A stretch of 64,000 bases of DNA from an uncultured Chloroflexia bacterium. Its GTDB lineage: Bacteria > Chloroflexota > Limnocylindria > Limnocylindrales > CSP1-4. Both the position numbers and the translations under genes were made by a program. The DNA is taken from positions 928,001 to 992,000 of the forward strand of contig CAVVJT010000007.1 of assembly GCA_963748625.1 (NCBI GenBank), written 5' to 3'. Position 1 is the stretch's first letter; each line of letters opens with the position of its first letter. Shown piece after piece: positions 30,147 to 39,860 of the stretch. The notes under the pieces are model-generated. The model was not told the DNA's origin. It saw only the letters and a program-made list of their open reading frames with translations, and made no database searches.

Positions 30147-30992
30147 ATGGCCAAGGACAGGGCAAAGGCGGGCAAGGCAGCCGAGCTGGATCTTGCAGAA
30201 CCGCCCGAGCGGGCGGTGAAGATCAAGGCCAAGACCTACCTGGAGGAGCTCTCGAAGCTGCAGTTGGAGCTCTCGAAGCTGCAGGAGTGGGTCAAGGCCA
30301 AGGGCCTCAAGGTGGTCGTGCTCTTCGAGGGGCGCGATGCCGCCGGCAAGGGCGGCTCCATCAAGACGATCACCATGGGCCTCAACCCGCGTGTCGCGCG
30401 CGTGGTCGCCCTCCCCGCCCCCACCGAGCGCGAGCGCACGCAGTGGTACTTCCAGCGCTACGCGGCGCACCTCCCGGCCGCCGGCGAGATCGTGCTGCTG
30501 GACCGCAGCTGGTACAACCGCGCCGGCGTCGAGCGGGTGATGGGCTTCGCGTCGCATGACGAGGTCGAGGAGTTCTACCGCTCCTGTCCAGAGTTCGAGC
30601 GGATGCTCGTGCGGTCCGGGATCATCCTGATCAAGTACTGGTTCAGCGTGTCCGACCAGGAGCAGGAGCGCCGGTTCCAGGCCCGCATCGAGGATCCGAC
30701 CAAGCGCTGGAAGCTCAGCCCCATGGACCTGATGTCCCGGACGAAGTGGGTCGAGTACTCGATCGCCAAGGACGAGATGTTCCGCCACACGGACATCAAG
30801 CAGGCCCCGTGGTACGTGGTCCAGGGCGATGACAAGAAGCGGGCGCGGCTGAACGTGATCAGCCACCTGCTCTCGCTCATCCCGTACGGGGACCTCACGC
30901 CCGATCCGATCGTGCTGCCGCCGAGGGAGCCGGATCGCGGCTATGTCCGCCCGCCGATGGAAGAGCAGACGTTCGTGCCGCAGAAGTACTGA
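30147..30992 (+). CDS. ppk2: Polyphosphate kinase 2
   Basis: FEGRDAAGKGG, QWYFQRY, DRSWYNRAGVERVMGF, WKLSPMD, DDKKRARLN. Confidence 0.96.
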   Translation: MAKDRAKAGKAAELDLAEPPERAVKIKAKTYLEELSKLQLELSKLQEWVKAKGLKVVVLFEGRDAAGKGGSIKTITMGLNPRVARVVALPAPTERERTQWYFQRYAAHLPAAGEIVLLDRSWYNRAGVERVMGFASHDEVEEFYRSCPEFERMLVRSGIILIKYWFSVSDQEQERRFQARIEDPTKRWKLSPMDLMSRTKWVEYSIAKDEMFRHTDIKQAPWYVVQGDDKKRARLNVISHLLSLIPYGDLTPDPIVLPPREPDRGYVRPPMEEQTFVPQKY

Positions 30993-31003
30993 GGGCTCCG
31001 CGA

Positions 31004-31537
31004 TCAGGCGGTGGGGCGGCGTGCGACGCGTGACCCGTCCGCGTCCAAGAGGAACCAGCGGGCCAGCTCCGGGTCCAGGAGCTGCTCGCGCAGGCGCCGC
31101 ATGGACTCCGCATATGACGGCCAGATGGCCAGGCGCGGGGCGTCGGCGGCCGGGACCCAGCGCAGGCCGTCGTGCTCCCACGAGGGGCGCGGCTCGGCGT
31201 CGGGGCGCACCCGGGCGGCGAAGATCGCTGACACCACCACCGCGTCCGTGCCCTCGTCGTAGAACGGGGCCACCTGGTCCAGGTCGTACCAGGCCTCGAT
31301 CTCGGCCGGGCCCAGGCCGGTCTCCTCCGCCACCTCGCGCATCGCGGCGGCGGGCACACGCTCACCGGGCTCGATCCCGCCCGTGACGCACTGCCAGAGC
31401 CCCGGGAAGATCCGGTGCGGCGCCCTCCGGATCAGCAGGATCTCCAGGCGGTCGGTGTCGGGGCGGATGTCGGCGTCGGAGGCGGGCGCGGCCACCCGGA
31501 AGATCCAGCATTCAATCAGATCGGGCCGCAGGCTCAT
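31004..31537 (-). CDS. NUDIX hydrolase (NudB-like)
   Basis: WQCVTGGIEPGERVPAAAMREVAEETGL Nudix box; SWEH. Confidence 0.9.
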   Translation of the reverse strand: MSLRPDLIECWIFRVAAPASDADIRPDTDRLEILLIRRAPHRIFPGLWQCVTGGIEPGERVPAAAMREVAEETGLGPAEIEAWYDLDQVAPFYDEGTDAVVVSAIFAARVRPDAEPRPSWEHDGLRWVPAADAPRLAIWPSYAESMRRLREQLLDPELARWFLLDADGSRVARRPTA

Positions 31538-32124
31538 CGGCTGTCGTCCTCCAGCGCCTGTTCGAGGCGTTCGAGCTGCTCCAGGTGCATCAGGTCATGG
31601 ACGCCAGCGAACAGCAGCCACTCCCCGCAGCGCATCCTCCCGACCAGCGGGTGCTCCAGCGGACAGGGATCCGACTCATGGCCGACGATGGACCGGGCGG
31701 CTCTCGCCACGATCCGGGAGCTCACGGCAATCCGGCGGAGTAGCTGCTCCGGCCCGGCGTCGGCCGCGCCGGGCACACCCGGTACAACCGCGGGGGCTTC
31801 GGCCGGCCAGCGTCCCGTCGCGGCCAGCGCGCCGGCCATCGCGAGGCCGGCACGGGCGTCGCACGCATGGCCGATCGCCTGGGCGACATTCCACTCCGCC
31901 TCACCGCCCGGCATCGCGAAGGCGCGGCCCGGCAGGACAGCGACCGCGGAGGCAATGGCGTCCGCAACCGCACCGAGTTGCCGCGCCACCCGCTCCGCGC
32001 TCCCGTCCCCGGCGCGCCGTCGAACCTCGCGCCGGACGGCCAGGAACGCCCCCTCGTCGACGCCGCGCCAGGCATGCACGATGTCCGGGGCGGCAGTCTC
32101 GAGCGCGTCGATGCGGGGATGCAT
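31534..32124 (-). CDS. DinB-like protein
   Basis: EWNVAQAIGH...HPLVG...HDLMHLEQL; TACCCT hexamer 6 nt before ATG 32124; ATGA overlap with the NUDIX gene. Confidence 0.8.
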   Translation of the reverse strand: MHPRIDALETAAPDIVHAWRGVDEGAFLAVRREVRRRAGDGSAERVARQLGAVADAIASAVAVLPGRAFAMPGGEAEWNVAQAIGHACDARAGLAMAGALAATGRWPAEAPAVVPGVPGAADAGPEQLLRRIAVSSRIVARAARSIVGHESDPCPLEHPLVGRMRCGEWLLFAGVHDLMHLEQLERLEQALEDDSR

Positions 32125-32463
32125 GGCTGCAGGGTAGCCGCGCGCGGCGGTCCGCGTTCCGCTGGGGCGACGTGTTCCGCGGATGGACGCCGCGTCCATG
32201 AAACGACGGCAGCGGGGGCTGTCCTGACCACCTGAGGTGCTGGTTCGTGGACGCCACGTCCACGATGTGTGCCGTTCGGCGTCGAATCCGCGCCATGCCG
32301 GTCAACCACCGGGTCACCAACGAGGATTCACAGACTCCGCGTCCAGCCCCGGTTGGCCGCGCGGACCGGGCGCATCGGGCGGGCAGCCCGGCGGCGGGCT
32401 GGCGGATCGGGCCCGGTCGGCGGACCTGACGGCGGCCTCGATCGGGCGGGCGGATCGGGCCCT

Positions 32464-32539
32464 GTCGGACGGGACCCCACGTTTGGATCGTGGCCAGAGC
32501 AGGTCGGACGGGACCCCACGTCCGGATCGTGGTCAGAGC
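32464..32539. repeat. 37-bp direct duplication (period 39) overlapping the darA stop
   Basis: GTCGGACGGGACCCCACGTYYGGATCGTGGYCAGAGC at 32464 and 32503. Confidence 0.85.
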
Positions 32540-32862
32540 CGCTCGAACCGCTCCACCGGCACCACGAAGACCGTGGCACCGCCCACCTCCACCTCGAGCG
32601 GGTAGGGCATGAAGAACTCGCCCGGCTCCATGATCGGCGGCATGGGGTTCACGATCTGCGTCCGCGAGTGGCAGTTCTCGCGCACGATCCCCAGGACCTC
32701 GTCGACCTCATCGTCCTCGACGCCCAGCATGACCGTGGCGTTGGACTGCTTGAGGAAGCCCCCGGACGAGTGGAGACGTGTCGCTCGGAAGTCCCGCGCG
32801 AGGAGCGCGTCCACGAGCGTCTGCGCGTCTTCGTTGTGCACGATGGCGACGACGAGCTTCAC
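32533..32862 (-). CDS. darA: Cyclic di-AMP receptor, PII-like (DarA/PstA/YaaQ, DUF970)
   Basis: MKLVVAIVHNED, ATRLHSSGGFLKQSNATVMLGVED, EVEVGGATVFV; near tmk as in Bacillota. Confidence 0.93.
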   Translation of the reverse strand: MKLVVAIVHNEDAQTLVDALLARDFRATRLHSSGGFLKQSNATVMLGVEDDEVDEVLGIVRENCHSRTQIVNPMPPIMEPGEFFMPYPLEVEVGGATVFVVPVERFERL

Positions 32863-33022
32863 GGACCGCAGCATAGACCACCCCCCGACCCGGTGATCGC
32901 CATCCCCACACGGCAGGCGTACCACTCGGGTCGCGGGTGTAGCATGCGGACTCGACGGTCGGGTGGGGCCACCGCAGCCCACGGAGGGGTTCCAGCACCC
33001 TGACCTTCACGCGGAGGAACTC

Positions 33023-34042
33023 GTGACGGACTCCCTGGGTGCCGGAGCCGGCTCCCTGAGCGTGCTCTCGGCAGGCGCGGCCGCTCTCGCCCGCGCCACC
33101 GATCTCGATACCGCGCTGGCCGTCATCGTGGAGGCTGGTGTCGCCGCGACCGGCGCGACCACGGCCGCTGTCTTCGCCCAGGACCCGGATCGCAACAGCC
33201 TGGAGCTGCTGCTCACCCTGGGCATCGCCGATGACGCCGTCGCAGGTTTCGAGGTCGAGGTCACCGGCAATCCCGACCATCCCGTCCATCACGCGGCCCT
33301 GGACCGTTCGGGATCGCTCGGACGGCGTGGCACAACGTCCGACGGCACCACGATGACCGGGGCAGACCTGCCGCTGGTCGTGGCGGCCGGCGGTTCCGTC
33401 GAGGCCTGCGTCGGCGTGCTGACGCTGGGCTGGACCGGCGAGCACGTGGTCGACACGGCCGAGGAGACGCTCCTCGTCGCGCTCGCCGACCTCGTCGCGG
33501 CGGCGATCGCCATGTTCCGGACCTCGTCCATGGCCACCGAGCGCGCGGAGTGGCTGGAGCGGGTTGCCCTGACCGATCCGCTCACCGGCCTGGCCAACGG
33601 CCGCACCGTGGCCCGCGTGCTGGACCTCGAGGTCGCCCGGGCCGAGCGCCAAGGCGGCGAGGTCTCGGTGGCGGTGTTCGACGTGGACAACTTCCGCGAG
33701 CTCAACGCGGCGTCCGGCGCCAGGGCAGGCGACCACGTGCTGCGCCAGGTGGCAGCGACGCTCGCCGTGAGCGTCCGGCTCGTGGACACGATCGGCCGGA
33801 CGGGCGGCGATGAGTTCGTCGTGATCGCGCCCGGGCCCGCAGGCGTGACGGTTGCGCGGCGCGTGCTCGAGGGTGTTGCCAAGCTCGATCCCGTCGAAGG
33901 CACCAGCGTCAGCGTCAGTGCCGGCGTGGCGCGCTACCCCGCCGATGGTCTGGACGCGGAGGCCCTGATCGCCGCGGCCCGCGCCGCGGTTTCGACGATC
34001 AATGGCCAGGCCGCGATCGCGGAGGCCTCCACGGCCGACTGA
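33023..34042 (+). CDS. GAF-GGDEF diguanylate cyclase
   Basis: GAF-like N-terminus; TDPLTGLAN, FDVDNF, RTGGDEF, SAGVARYP; GGAGG SD. Confidence 0.88.
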   Translation: MTDSLGAGAGSLSVLSAGAAALARATDLDTALAVIVEAGVAATGATTAAVFAQDPDRNSLELLLTLGIADDAVAGFEVEVTGNPDHPVHHAALDRSGSLGRRGTTSDGTTMTGADLPLVVAAGGSVEACVGVLTLGWTGEHVVDTAEETLLVALADLVAAAIAMFRTSSMATERAEWLERVALTDPLTGLANGRTVARVLDLEVARAERQGGEVSVAVFDVDNFRELNAASGARAGDHVLRQVAATLAVSVRLVDTIGRTGGDEFVVIAPGPAGVTVARRVLEGVAKLDPVEGTSVSVSAGVARYPADGLDAEALIAAARAAVSTINGQAAIAEASTAD

Positions 34043-34132
34043 GTCGCGGGGCCCGTCAGCCGTGAGGCGGTGGGGCCCGACGGCCGACTGAGTCGCGGGG
34101 CCCGTCAGCCGTGAGGCGGTGCCCGTCAGCCG
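34031..34132. repeat. 42-bp direct duplication (period 49) between the convergent GGDEF and tmk stops
   Basis: ACGGCCGACTGAGTCGCGGGGCCCGTCAGCCGTGAGGCGGTG at 34031 and 34080; GCCCGTCAGCCG occurs three times. Confidence 0.9.
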
Positions 34133-34773
34133 CGGGGCAAGCGCCCGTCGAGCCGTCCGAGCGTCGCGACCGCAGCCTCGAGGACCTCGTCGGGCGGCAG
34201 CGTCGCGTCCACGATGGCGTACCGCTCCGGCTCCGCTGCGGCGAACGCCAGGAAGGCCTGCCGCACCCGCTCGTGGTACGCGGTGTCCTGGTAGGCCTCG
34301 AAGCGGGTGATCTCGTCGGACTTGCGGCGCAGGCCCACCTCGACGGGGAGGTCGAGCAGGATCGTCAGGTCCGGAACGAGGCCTCCGGTCGCAAAGTGCT
34401 GGACCGCGCGCAGCTCATCCATCGGCACGCCTGAGCCCACCCCCTGGTACGCCAGCGACGAATCCGCGTAGCGATCGCACACCACGACGGCCCCACGCGC
34501 GAGGGCGGGCTCGATGAGCTCCTCCACATGCTGGGCACGGGCGGCAGCGAACAGCAGCGCATCGGCGCGGCCCGTCCGGTCGATCCTGGGCTCCGTGTCC
34601 AGCACCAGGCTGCGGATCCGCTCGCCGAGCGGCGTGCTGCCTGGCTCGCGCGTCATCACCACGTCAAACCCGCGATCCGCCAGGACGGCAGCGACGCGCG
34701 GCAGCAGGCTGGACTTGCCGGACCCGTCAGGACCCTCGAGGGTGATGAAGACGCCGCGCGCAGGGGTGGTCAC
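34126..34773 (-). CDS. tmk: Thymidylate kinase
   Basis: FITLEGPDGSGKS, TREPG, LLFAAARAQH, CDRYADSSLAYQG. Confidence 0.96.
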   Translation of the reverse strand: MTTPARGVFITLEGPDGSGKSSLLPRVAAVLADRGFDVVMTREPGSTPLGERIRSLVLDTEPRIDRTGRADALLFAAARAQHVEELIEPALARGAVVVCDRYADSSLAYQGVGSGVPMDELRAVQHFATGGLVPDLTILLDLPVEVGLRRKSDEITRFEAYQDTAYHERVRQAFLAFAAAEPERYAIVDATLPPDEVLEAAVATLGRLDGRLPRG

Positions 34774-34800
34774 CCGCCGAGTGTATCGGCCGGGACGCGA

Positions 34801-35322
34801 TCAGCCCGCCGTCGTCGCGACGCTCGCCGCCGCGTCCTCGCGCTGCCACGCGTCGAGGTGGGCGACCACCGCATCGATGAGCCCGGGCATCCCGGCCGCC
34901 ACCTCGGGCGTGAGCTCCAGGCCCAACTTGATCGTCTTGGGCTCCAGGCCGATCACGCGCACGCGGCGCGGCCAGGCATCCATCAGGTAGAGGGCCCCAA
35001 GCAGCTCGCCCGCCCCCAGGTCGTGGACGGACATCACCTGCTGCTCCTTGCGCATGAGCGCCGAGCCGTCCAGGTCGATCAGCGTGCCCGGCTCGGCGCC
35101 GGCGTTGATCACGTCCACCACCACGAGCCCCTCGAGATCGGTCAGGTGGGGGATCAATGCGAGCCCCACCGTCCCCCCGTCGATCAGGTCCACGGCCGCC
35201 GGGTCCGGCAGACCGGCGAGGAGGGCGGGCTCGGCGGTGAACCGTTCCACCACGAGCGCGCCAAGCGCCTCGTCGGATTCGATCCGGTTGCCCAGACCCA
35301 GGATCGCGTAGGCGCCGCTCAT
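34801..35322 (-). CDS. Hydrogenase maturation endopeptidase (HyaD/HupD family)
   Basis: ILGLGN...DEALG, LIDGGT, VVVD, SVHD. Confidence 0.9.
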   Translation of the reverse strand: MSGAYAILGLGNRIESDEALGALVVERFTAEPALLAGLPDPAAVDLIDGGTVGLALIPHLTDLEGLVVVDVINAGAEPGTLIDLDGSALMRKEQQVMSVHDLGAGELLGALYLMDAWPRRVRVIGLEPKTIKLGLELTPEVAAGMPGLIDAVVAHLDAWQREDAAASVATTAG

Positions 35323-35756
35323 ACGGCGCTCTCCGCGGCGGAGGGACGCGACTCCACCCTGGCCGGTCCGCTGCCCACGGTGGCCGGCCCCCAGTCCACG
35401 GTGACCTCGACGGCATGGCCGGCCCGGTCGGGCAGGGGGAAGCCGCACTCGGTGCAGAACGGATGGTCGGCGCGGACGTCGTTGGAAGCGTCGCACATCG
35501 CGCAGACGACGGGATCCGCGACGACGGTGATCGGCACACCGGCAAGGCCCCGTTCGCGCAGGGAGACCTCCGCGTAGAGGTACGCCGACTCTGGAGCGAC
35601 GTGCATCGGGTCGTGGACCCGGACGGTCACCCCTACAGGGATGGCGGGGCCTTCGAGGTCCTGGACCCCGGGGTCACCGGGGCCCTGTGGCTCCGAGGGC
35701 GGACCGGCCGCCAGCGCCTCGGCGACGGCGGCGGCCAGCAGCCCTGCCTCATGCAA
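35319..35756 (-). CDS. hypA: HypA-like nickel metallochaperone
   Basis: TTG start giving MHE; CAMC and CTEC zinc pair; Pro/Gly-rich insertion. Confidence 0.75.
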   Translation of the reverse strand: MHEAGLLAAAVAEALAAGPPSEPQGPGDPGVQDLEGPAIPVGVTVRVHDPMHVAPESAYLYAEVSLRERGLAGVPITVVADPVVCAMCDASNDVRADHPFCTECGFPLPDRAGHAVEVTVDWGPATVGSGPARVESRPSAAESAV

Positions 35757-36612
35757 TCTCGTCAGCCTCCACGCCCTCGCGGGTCGCCTCGAGGATCTTG
35801 GCCTCGGCCTTGCGGTCGGCGGCAGTCCCGGAATCGAGGTAGCGCTGGGTCCGGGCCTCCTCTTCCGGGCTGTCGCCGAGGAAGCCAAGGGCTTCGAGGG
35901 ATGCCGCAGGCCGGATGTTCTTGTAGCCCGAGAAGATGGAGCTCATGACGCCAGTCCGCTCCTCGATGTCCACCAGGATCGCCGAGTAGACGTGGTGGAT
36001 CGCGAAGGCCAGGAACAGGAACGTGACGATGTAGTGGACGATGCGGACGCCCTGGATGCCCCCGGGCAGGGAGTTGCCCCAGCCGAAGATGGCGTGGACG
36101 ATCCCGTCCTGCATGATCCAGCCGAAGAGCAGCAGGCCGGTCAGGATCTGGGCGAAGAGCCCCACCGAGACCACGCTGTAGGCGAGGCCCGCGAGATGGT
36201 TGTGGCCGGCGTACGGGGCGGGATGGCGACGGCGGAAGGTGTAGTACTTCCCCATCTCCTTCATCCAGCGGAACTGGTCACGCCGGTGGGGGATGATCTG
36301 CCGCCAGCTCGCGAAGCTGTTGCCCACGAAGCCCCAGTAGAACCGGAACCCCACCGAGAGCGTGAACAGGATCGCGAAGATCTCGTGCCAGAAGCGCACC
36401 GTGGCCATCTGGGAGGATGCCTCGATGGGCTTGCTGGGCACGAGGAACGGGGCGTGGATGTAGAACCCGGTGATGGCGAGGGCGACGATCGAGGTGACGA
36501 TCGCCCAGTGCGTGAGGCGGACGGGCAGCTCCCAGACGTAGATCGGGCTGCAGCCCAGGACCGCCTCGTCATCCACGACGATGGGCGGAGCGGAGACCTG
36601 CTGGACCGCCAT
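35749..36612 (-). CDS. [NiFe]-hydrogenase b-type cytochrome subunit (HyaC/HupC family)
   Basis: YVWELPVRLTHW, RFWHE, GHNHLA, RIVHY, HHVY, MSSIFSGYK. Confidence 0.93.
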   Translation of the reverse strand: MAVQQVSAPPIVVDDEAVLGCSPIYVWELPVRLTHWAIVTSIVALAITGFYIHAPFLVPSKPIEASSQMATVRFWHEIFAILFTLSVGFRFYWGFVGNSFASWRQIIPHRRDQFRWMKEMGKYYTFRRRHPAPYAGHNHLAGLAYSVVSVGLFAQILTGLLLFGWIMQDGIVHAIFGWGNSLPGGIQGVRIVHYIVTFLFLAFAIHHVYSAILVDIEERTGVMSSIFSGYKNIRPAASLEALGFLGDSPEEEARTQRYLDSGTAADRKAEAKILEATREGVEADEIA

Positions 36613-38324
36613 CACCGCACCTCCACGCGCACCCGCTCCTTGCCCGAGGCATCCACCACGTGGACCGCGCACGCGAGGCACGGGTCGAACGAGTGGATCG
36701 TCCGGAGGAGCTCGAGCGGCTTCTCCGGGTCCGCGACCGGCGTGCCTTCCAGCGACGCCTCGTACGGGCCCGTCTGGCCCTGCGCGTCGCGCGGGCCGGC
36801 ATTCCAGGTGGACGGCACCACCGCCTGGTAGTTGACGATCTTCTGGTCCTTGATCCGCACCCAGTGGCCCAGGGCGCCACGCGGTGCCTCGTGGAAGCCC
36901 CAGCCCTCGGCCTCAGCCGGCCACGTGGACGGCTCCCACTTCGACGTGTCGGCGATGCGCAGGTCCCCGCTCTCCATGTTCGAGGTGAGGGCCGCGAGCC
37001 ACGTGTCCATCCAGTTGAGGAGGTACGCGCTCTCCAGCGCCCGGGCCGCGACACGGCCGAGCGTCGAGAACAGGGCTGACGGCTGGAGCTTGAGCTCGGT
37101 CAGGGCGCCGTTGACCAGCGCCTGGACGTCCTGGTTGCCGGCCGCGTAGGCGACGAGCAGCCGGGCCAGCGGGCCCACCTCCATCACCTTGCCGTCGTAG
37201 CGCGGCGCCTTGAGCCAGGAGTACGAATCCTCGATGTCGAGCATGTCGTACGGCGGCTGCGGTCCCGTGTAGTTCGGCTTCGTCTCGCCGTCGTACGGGT
37301 GCAGTGCGGCGTCCTTGCCGGCGCCGTAGTCGTAGTAGGAGTGCGCGATCTGCTCGGTGATCTTGGTCTGGTCGAGCGGGTGCAGCGTCCCGATGTCGCC
37401 GTCGAGCACGATGCCCCGCGGGAAGGTGAACTGGCGCTCGTCGTCGCGGAGGCCGTTCTGCATGCCGCCGTAGGCGAGGTAGTTCTTGTGGCCGGCGCCG
37501 TAGCCCCACCACTCGGGGTAGAAGGACGCGACCGCCTTGACATCGGGGATGTAGACCTGCTCCACGAATGTGCGCATCTCGGCGATGCGGGCCTGGAGGA
37601 AGGTCAGCCGCTCCCAGTTGATGACGTTGGGCGAGTTGCCGTCCACCGCGGCAGCCATGCCGCCCACGAGATAGGTCTGCAGATGCGGGTTCTTGCCGCC
37701 CAGCACGGCGTGGACCTTGATGACCTCCCGCTGCCAGGTGAGGGCCTCGAGGTAGTGGGCGACCGCCATGAGATCTGCCTCGGGCGGCAGCTTGTACGCC
37801 GGATGACCCCAGTAGCCGTTGGTGAACAGCGAGAGCTGCCCGGAGGCGACCAGCTTCTCGACGCGCGCCTTGACGCCCCGGAAGTACGTCTCCGATGAGA
37901 GCGGCCAGTCCGAGAGGGATTGCGCGAGCTTGGACGTGGCGGCGGGATCGGCCTTGAGCGCACCGGTCACGTCCACCCAGTCGAGCGCGTGCAGGTGGTA
38001 GAAGTGGATGACGTGGTCCTGGATGTACTGCGCGCCGGAGATCAGGTTCCGGATCAGCTGTGCGTTGGGCGGAACCTCGATGCCCAGCGCGGCCTCGACC
38101 GCGGTGACGGACGTGTTCGCGTGCACCGTGGTGCAGACGCCGCAGATCCGCTGGGCCCAGATCCACGCCTCGCGCGGGTCGCGGCCCTGGAGGATGAGCT
38201 CGAGCCCGCGGAACATGGTCCCCGACGAGTAGGCGGTCTTGACCGCGCCGTTCTCGACCTGGGCCTCGATGCGCAGGTGCCCCTCGATCCGTGTGACGGG
38301 ATCGATGACGATCCGATCGGCCAT
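36612..38324 (-). CDS. Group 1 [NiFe]-hydrogenase large subunit
   Basis: DPVTRIEGH, L1 QRICGVC, HFYHLHALDW, L2 SFDPCLACAVH plus a cleavable tail. Confidence 0.97.
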   Translation of the reverse strand: MADRIVIDPVTRIEGHLRIEAQVENGAVKTAYSSGTMFRGLELILQGRDPREAWIWAQRICGVCTTVHANTSVTAVEAALGIEVPPNAQLIRNLISGAQYIQDHVIHFYHLHALDWVDVTGALKADPAATSKLAQSLSDWPLSSETYFRGVKARVEKLVASGQLSLFTNGYWGHPAYKLPPEADLMAVAHYLEALTWQREVIKVHAVLGGKNPHLQTYLVGGMAAAVDGNSPNVINWERLTFLQARIAEMRTFVEQVYIPDVKAVASFYPEWWGYGAGHKNYLAYGGMQNGLRDDERQFTFPRGIVLDGDIGTLHPLDQTKITEQIAHSYYDYGAGKDAALHPYDGETKPNYTGPQPPYDMLDIEDSYSWLKAPRYDGKVMEVGPLARLLVAYAAGNQDVQALVNGALTELKLQPSALFSTLGRVAARALESAYLLNWMDTWLAALTSNMESGDLRIADTSKWEPSTWPAEAEGWGFHEAPRGALGHWVRIKDQKIVNYQAVVPSTWNAGPRDAQGQTGPYEASLEGTPVADPEKPLELLRTIHSFDPCLACAVHVVDASGKERVRVEVR

Positions 38325-38333
38325 CGTCCGCTC

Positions 38334-39563
38334 CTAGTTCTGGTCCGCGCCGTCGGACGGCGCAGCGGGATCGGACGTGGTCTCGGGGACGACGGTGCCG
38401 TCCGGGGCCACCATCGCTCGGGCTGCGGCCCCGGCCTTCTTCTCGCGATTGCGCCGGATCGCCACGCCGCCCGCATGGACCGCGGTCGCGGCCGCGACGA
38501 AGCCGATCGCGGCGACGCCGATGGTTTGCGCGTCGATGTCCACGCCGAACATCTTCACGTCCGGCAGCCGCCCGTAGAACGGGCTCATCCGCTCCCAGAA
38601 CCGCGGGCCGGCGCAGCCGATACAGCCGTGACCCGCGCCGATCGGCCAGTTGGTGCCGTCGTTCCAGCGGACGATCGGGCAGTTGAACTGGGTCTGCGGT
38701 CCCTTGCAGCCCATCTTGTAGAGACACCAGCCGTTGAGGTGCCCGCTGTCGCCCCACTGCTCCACGTAGCGCCCGGCGTCGAAGTGGGAGCGCCGCTCGC
38801 ACTGGTCATGGATGAGGTGGCCGTACGCGAAGAGGGGCCGGTTGAAGGAGTCGAGCGCAGGGGCCGTGCCGAAGGTGAGGTAGTGGACCAGGACTGCAGC
38901 GGTGTTGGCCACGTTGTGGGGACAGCCGCCGAGGTTGACCAGGGGCTTGTTGCCGATGATGTCGCCGACACCCACGGCGCCCGTGGGACCGAGACGCGGG
39001 AAGCCGCCATCCCAGGCGCATGCGCCCACCGCGATCACGAGTGCCGCGTTGGCCGCCATCTCCTGGAGGATCTGGACGGCGCTCCTGCCGCCGATCGTGC
39101 AGTAGACGCCGTTGTCGGCGGTGGGGATGGAGCCCTCGACGATCAGGACGTACGGGATCTGGCCGTCACGGATCGCGACGAGGTTCTCCTCGGCCTGGTG
39201 GCCGGCGGCCGCCATGATCGTCTCGTGGTACTCCCACGACACGACGTCGAGGACCACGTCGGCGACCGTGGGATGCGAGCTGCGGAGCATCGACTCGCTG
39301 TTGCCCGCGCAGTCCTGGAACTCCAGCCAGCAGACGATCGGCTTCGGCTTGGTCTCCAGCGCATGAACGATCTTGGGCGTCATCGCCTGCGGCAGGGCGA
39401 GCAGCGCGGTCATCGCAGACGCGAAGCCGAGGAACCGGCGGCGGCTGATGCCACGCTCCACGAGCGCGTCCATCAGCCAGTTGTCCGACCGTTCGGGGAC
39501 CGGCGGTGGCGTCGCGCCAAGTCCAGGCAGCGGGCTCATGCCGAGCCCACCGGGATCGCCCAT
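38334..39563 (-). CDS. Group 1 [NiFe]-hydrogenase small subunit (Tat signal, C-terminal TM anchor)
   Basis: SRRRFLG Tat motif; WLEFQDCAGNSES, GACAWDGG, GGCP, HDQC, WCLYKMGCKGP, WPIGAGHGCIGC; strong SD. Confidence 0.96.
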   Translation of the reverse strand: MGDPGGLGMSPLPGLGATPPPVPERSDNWLMDALVERGISRRRFLGFASAMTALLALPQAMTPKIVHALETKPKPIVCWLEFQDCAGNSESMLRSSHPTVADVVLDVVSWEYHETIMAAAGHQAEENLVAIRDGQIPYVLIVEGSIPTADNGVYCTIGGRSAVQILQEMAANAALVIAVGACAWDGGFPRLGPTGAVGVGDIIGNKPLVNLGGCPHNVANTAAVLVHYLTFGTAPALDSFNRPLFAYGHLIHDQCERRSHFDAGRYVEQWGDSGHLNGWCLYKMGCKGPQTQFNCPIVRWNDGTNWPIGAGHGCIGCAGPRFWERMSPFYGRLPDVKMFGVDIDAQTIGVAAIGFVAAATAVHAGGVAIRRNREKKAGAAARAMVAPDGTVVPETTSDPAAPSDGADQN

Positions 39564-39739
39564 GGTTCCTCTCCTCCAGGCCCTGAGCTGGGAACACCGG
39601 TCCCTGGCCGGTGTCCGAACCGCCCGGCGGCGCTGCTCGGCTGTGCGACCCATCGTGGACGCAGGAGCCGATGGTCGTCGGATTGGCGTACTCTCCGCGC
39701 GCGCCACGGGTCTCTACAGGGCCGATCGGAGGTGCCCAA

Positions 39740-39757
39740 GGGGGCCGTTGGGCCCCC
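39740..39757. promoter_or_regulatory. Palindromic site in the divergent hydrogenase/tldD region (DosR/NarL-like shape)
   Basis: GGGGGCC-GTTG-GGCCCCC 7-4-7 palindrome fitting GGGnC-N4-GnCCC; could be chance in GC-rich DNA. Confidence 0.3.
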
Positions 39758-39860
39758 AGCAGCGTCACGGCCATGGCCACCGCCCCGGAGCCGGCATGAG
39801 CCCGATAGGGCACCCGCCCCATATCAGCGCAACCGGGCACCCGGTGTACCCTCGGCCTCG

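Noticed and set aside
30246-30285. 21-bp-period repeat within ppk2 (ELSKLQ twice)
   Set aside because: Ordinary heptad in the PPK2 N-terminal helix
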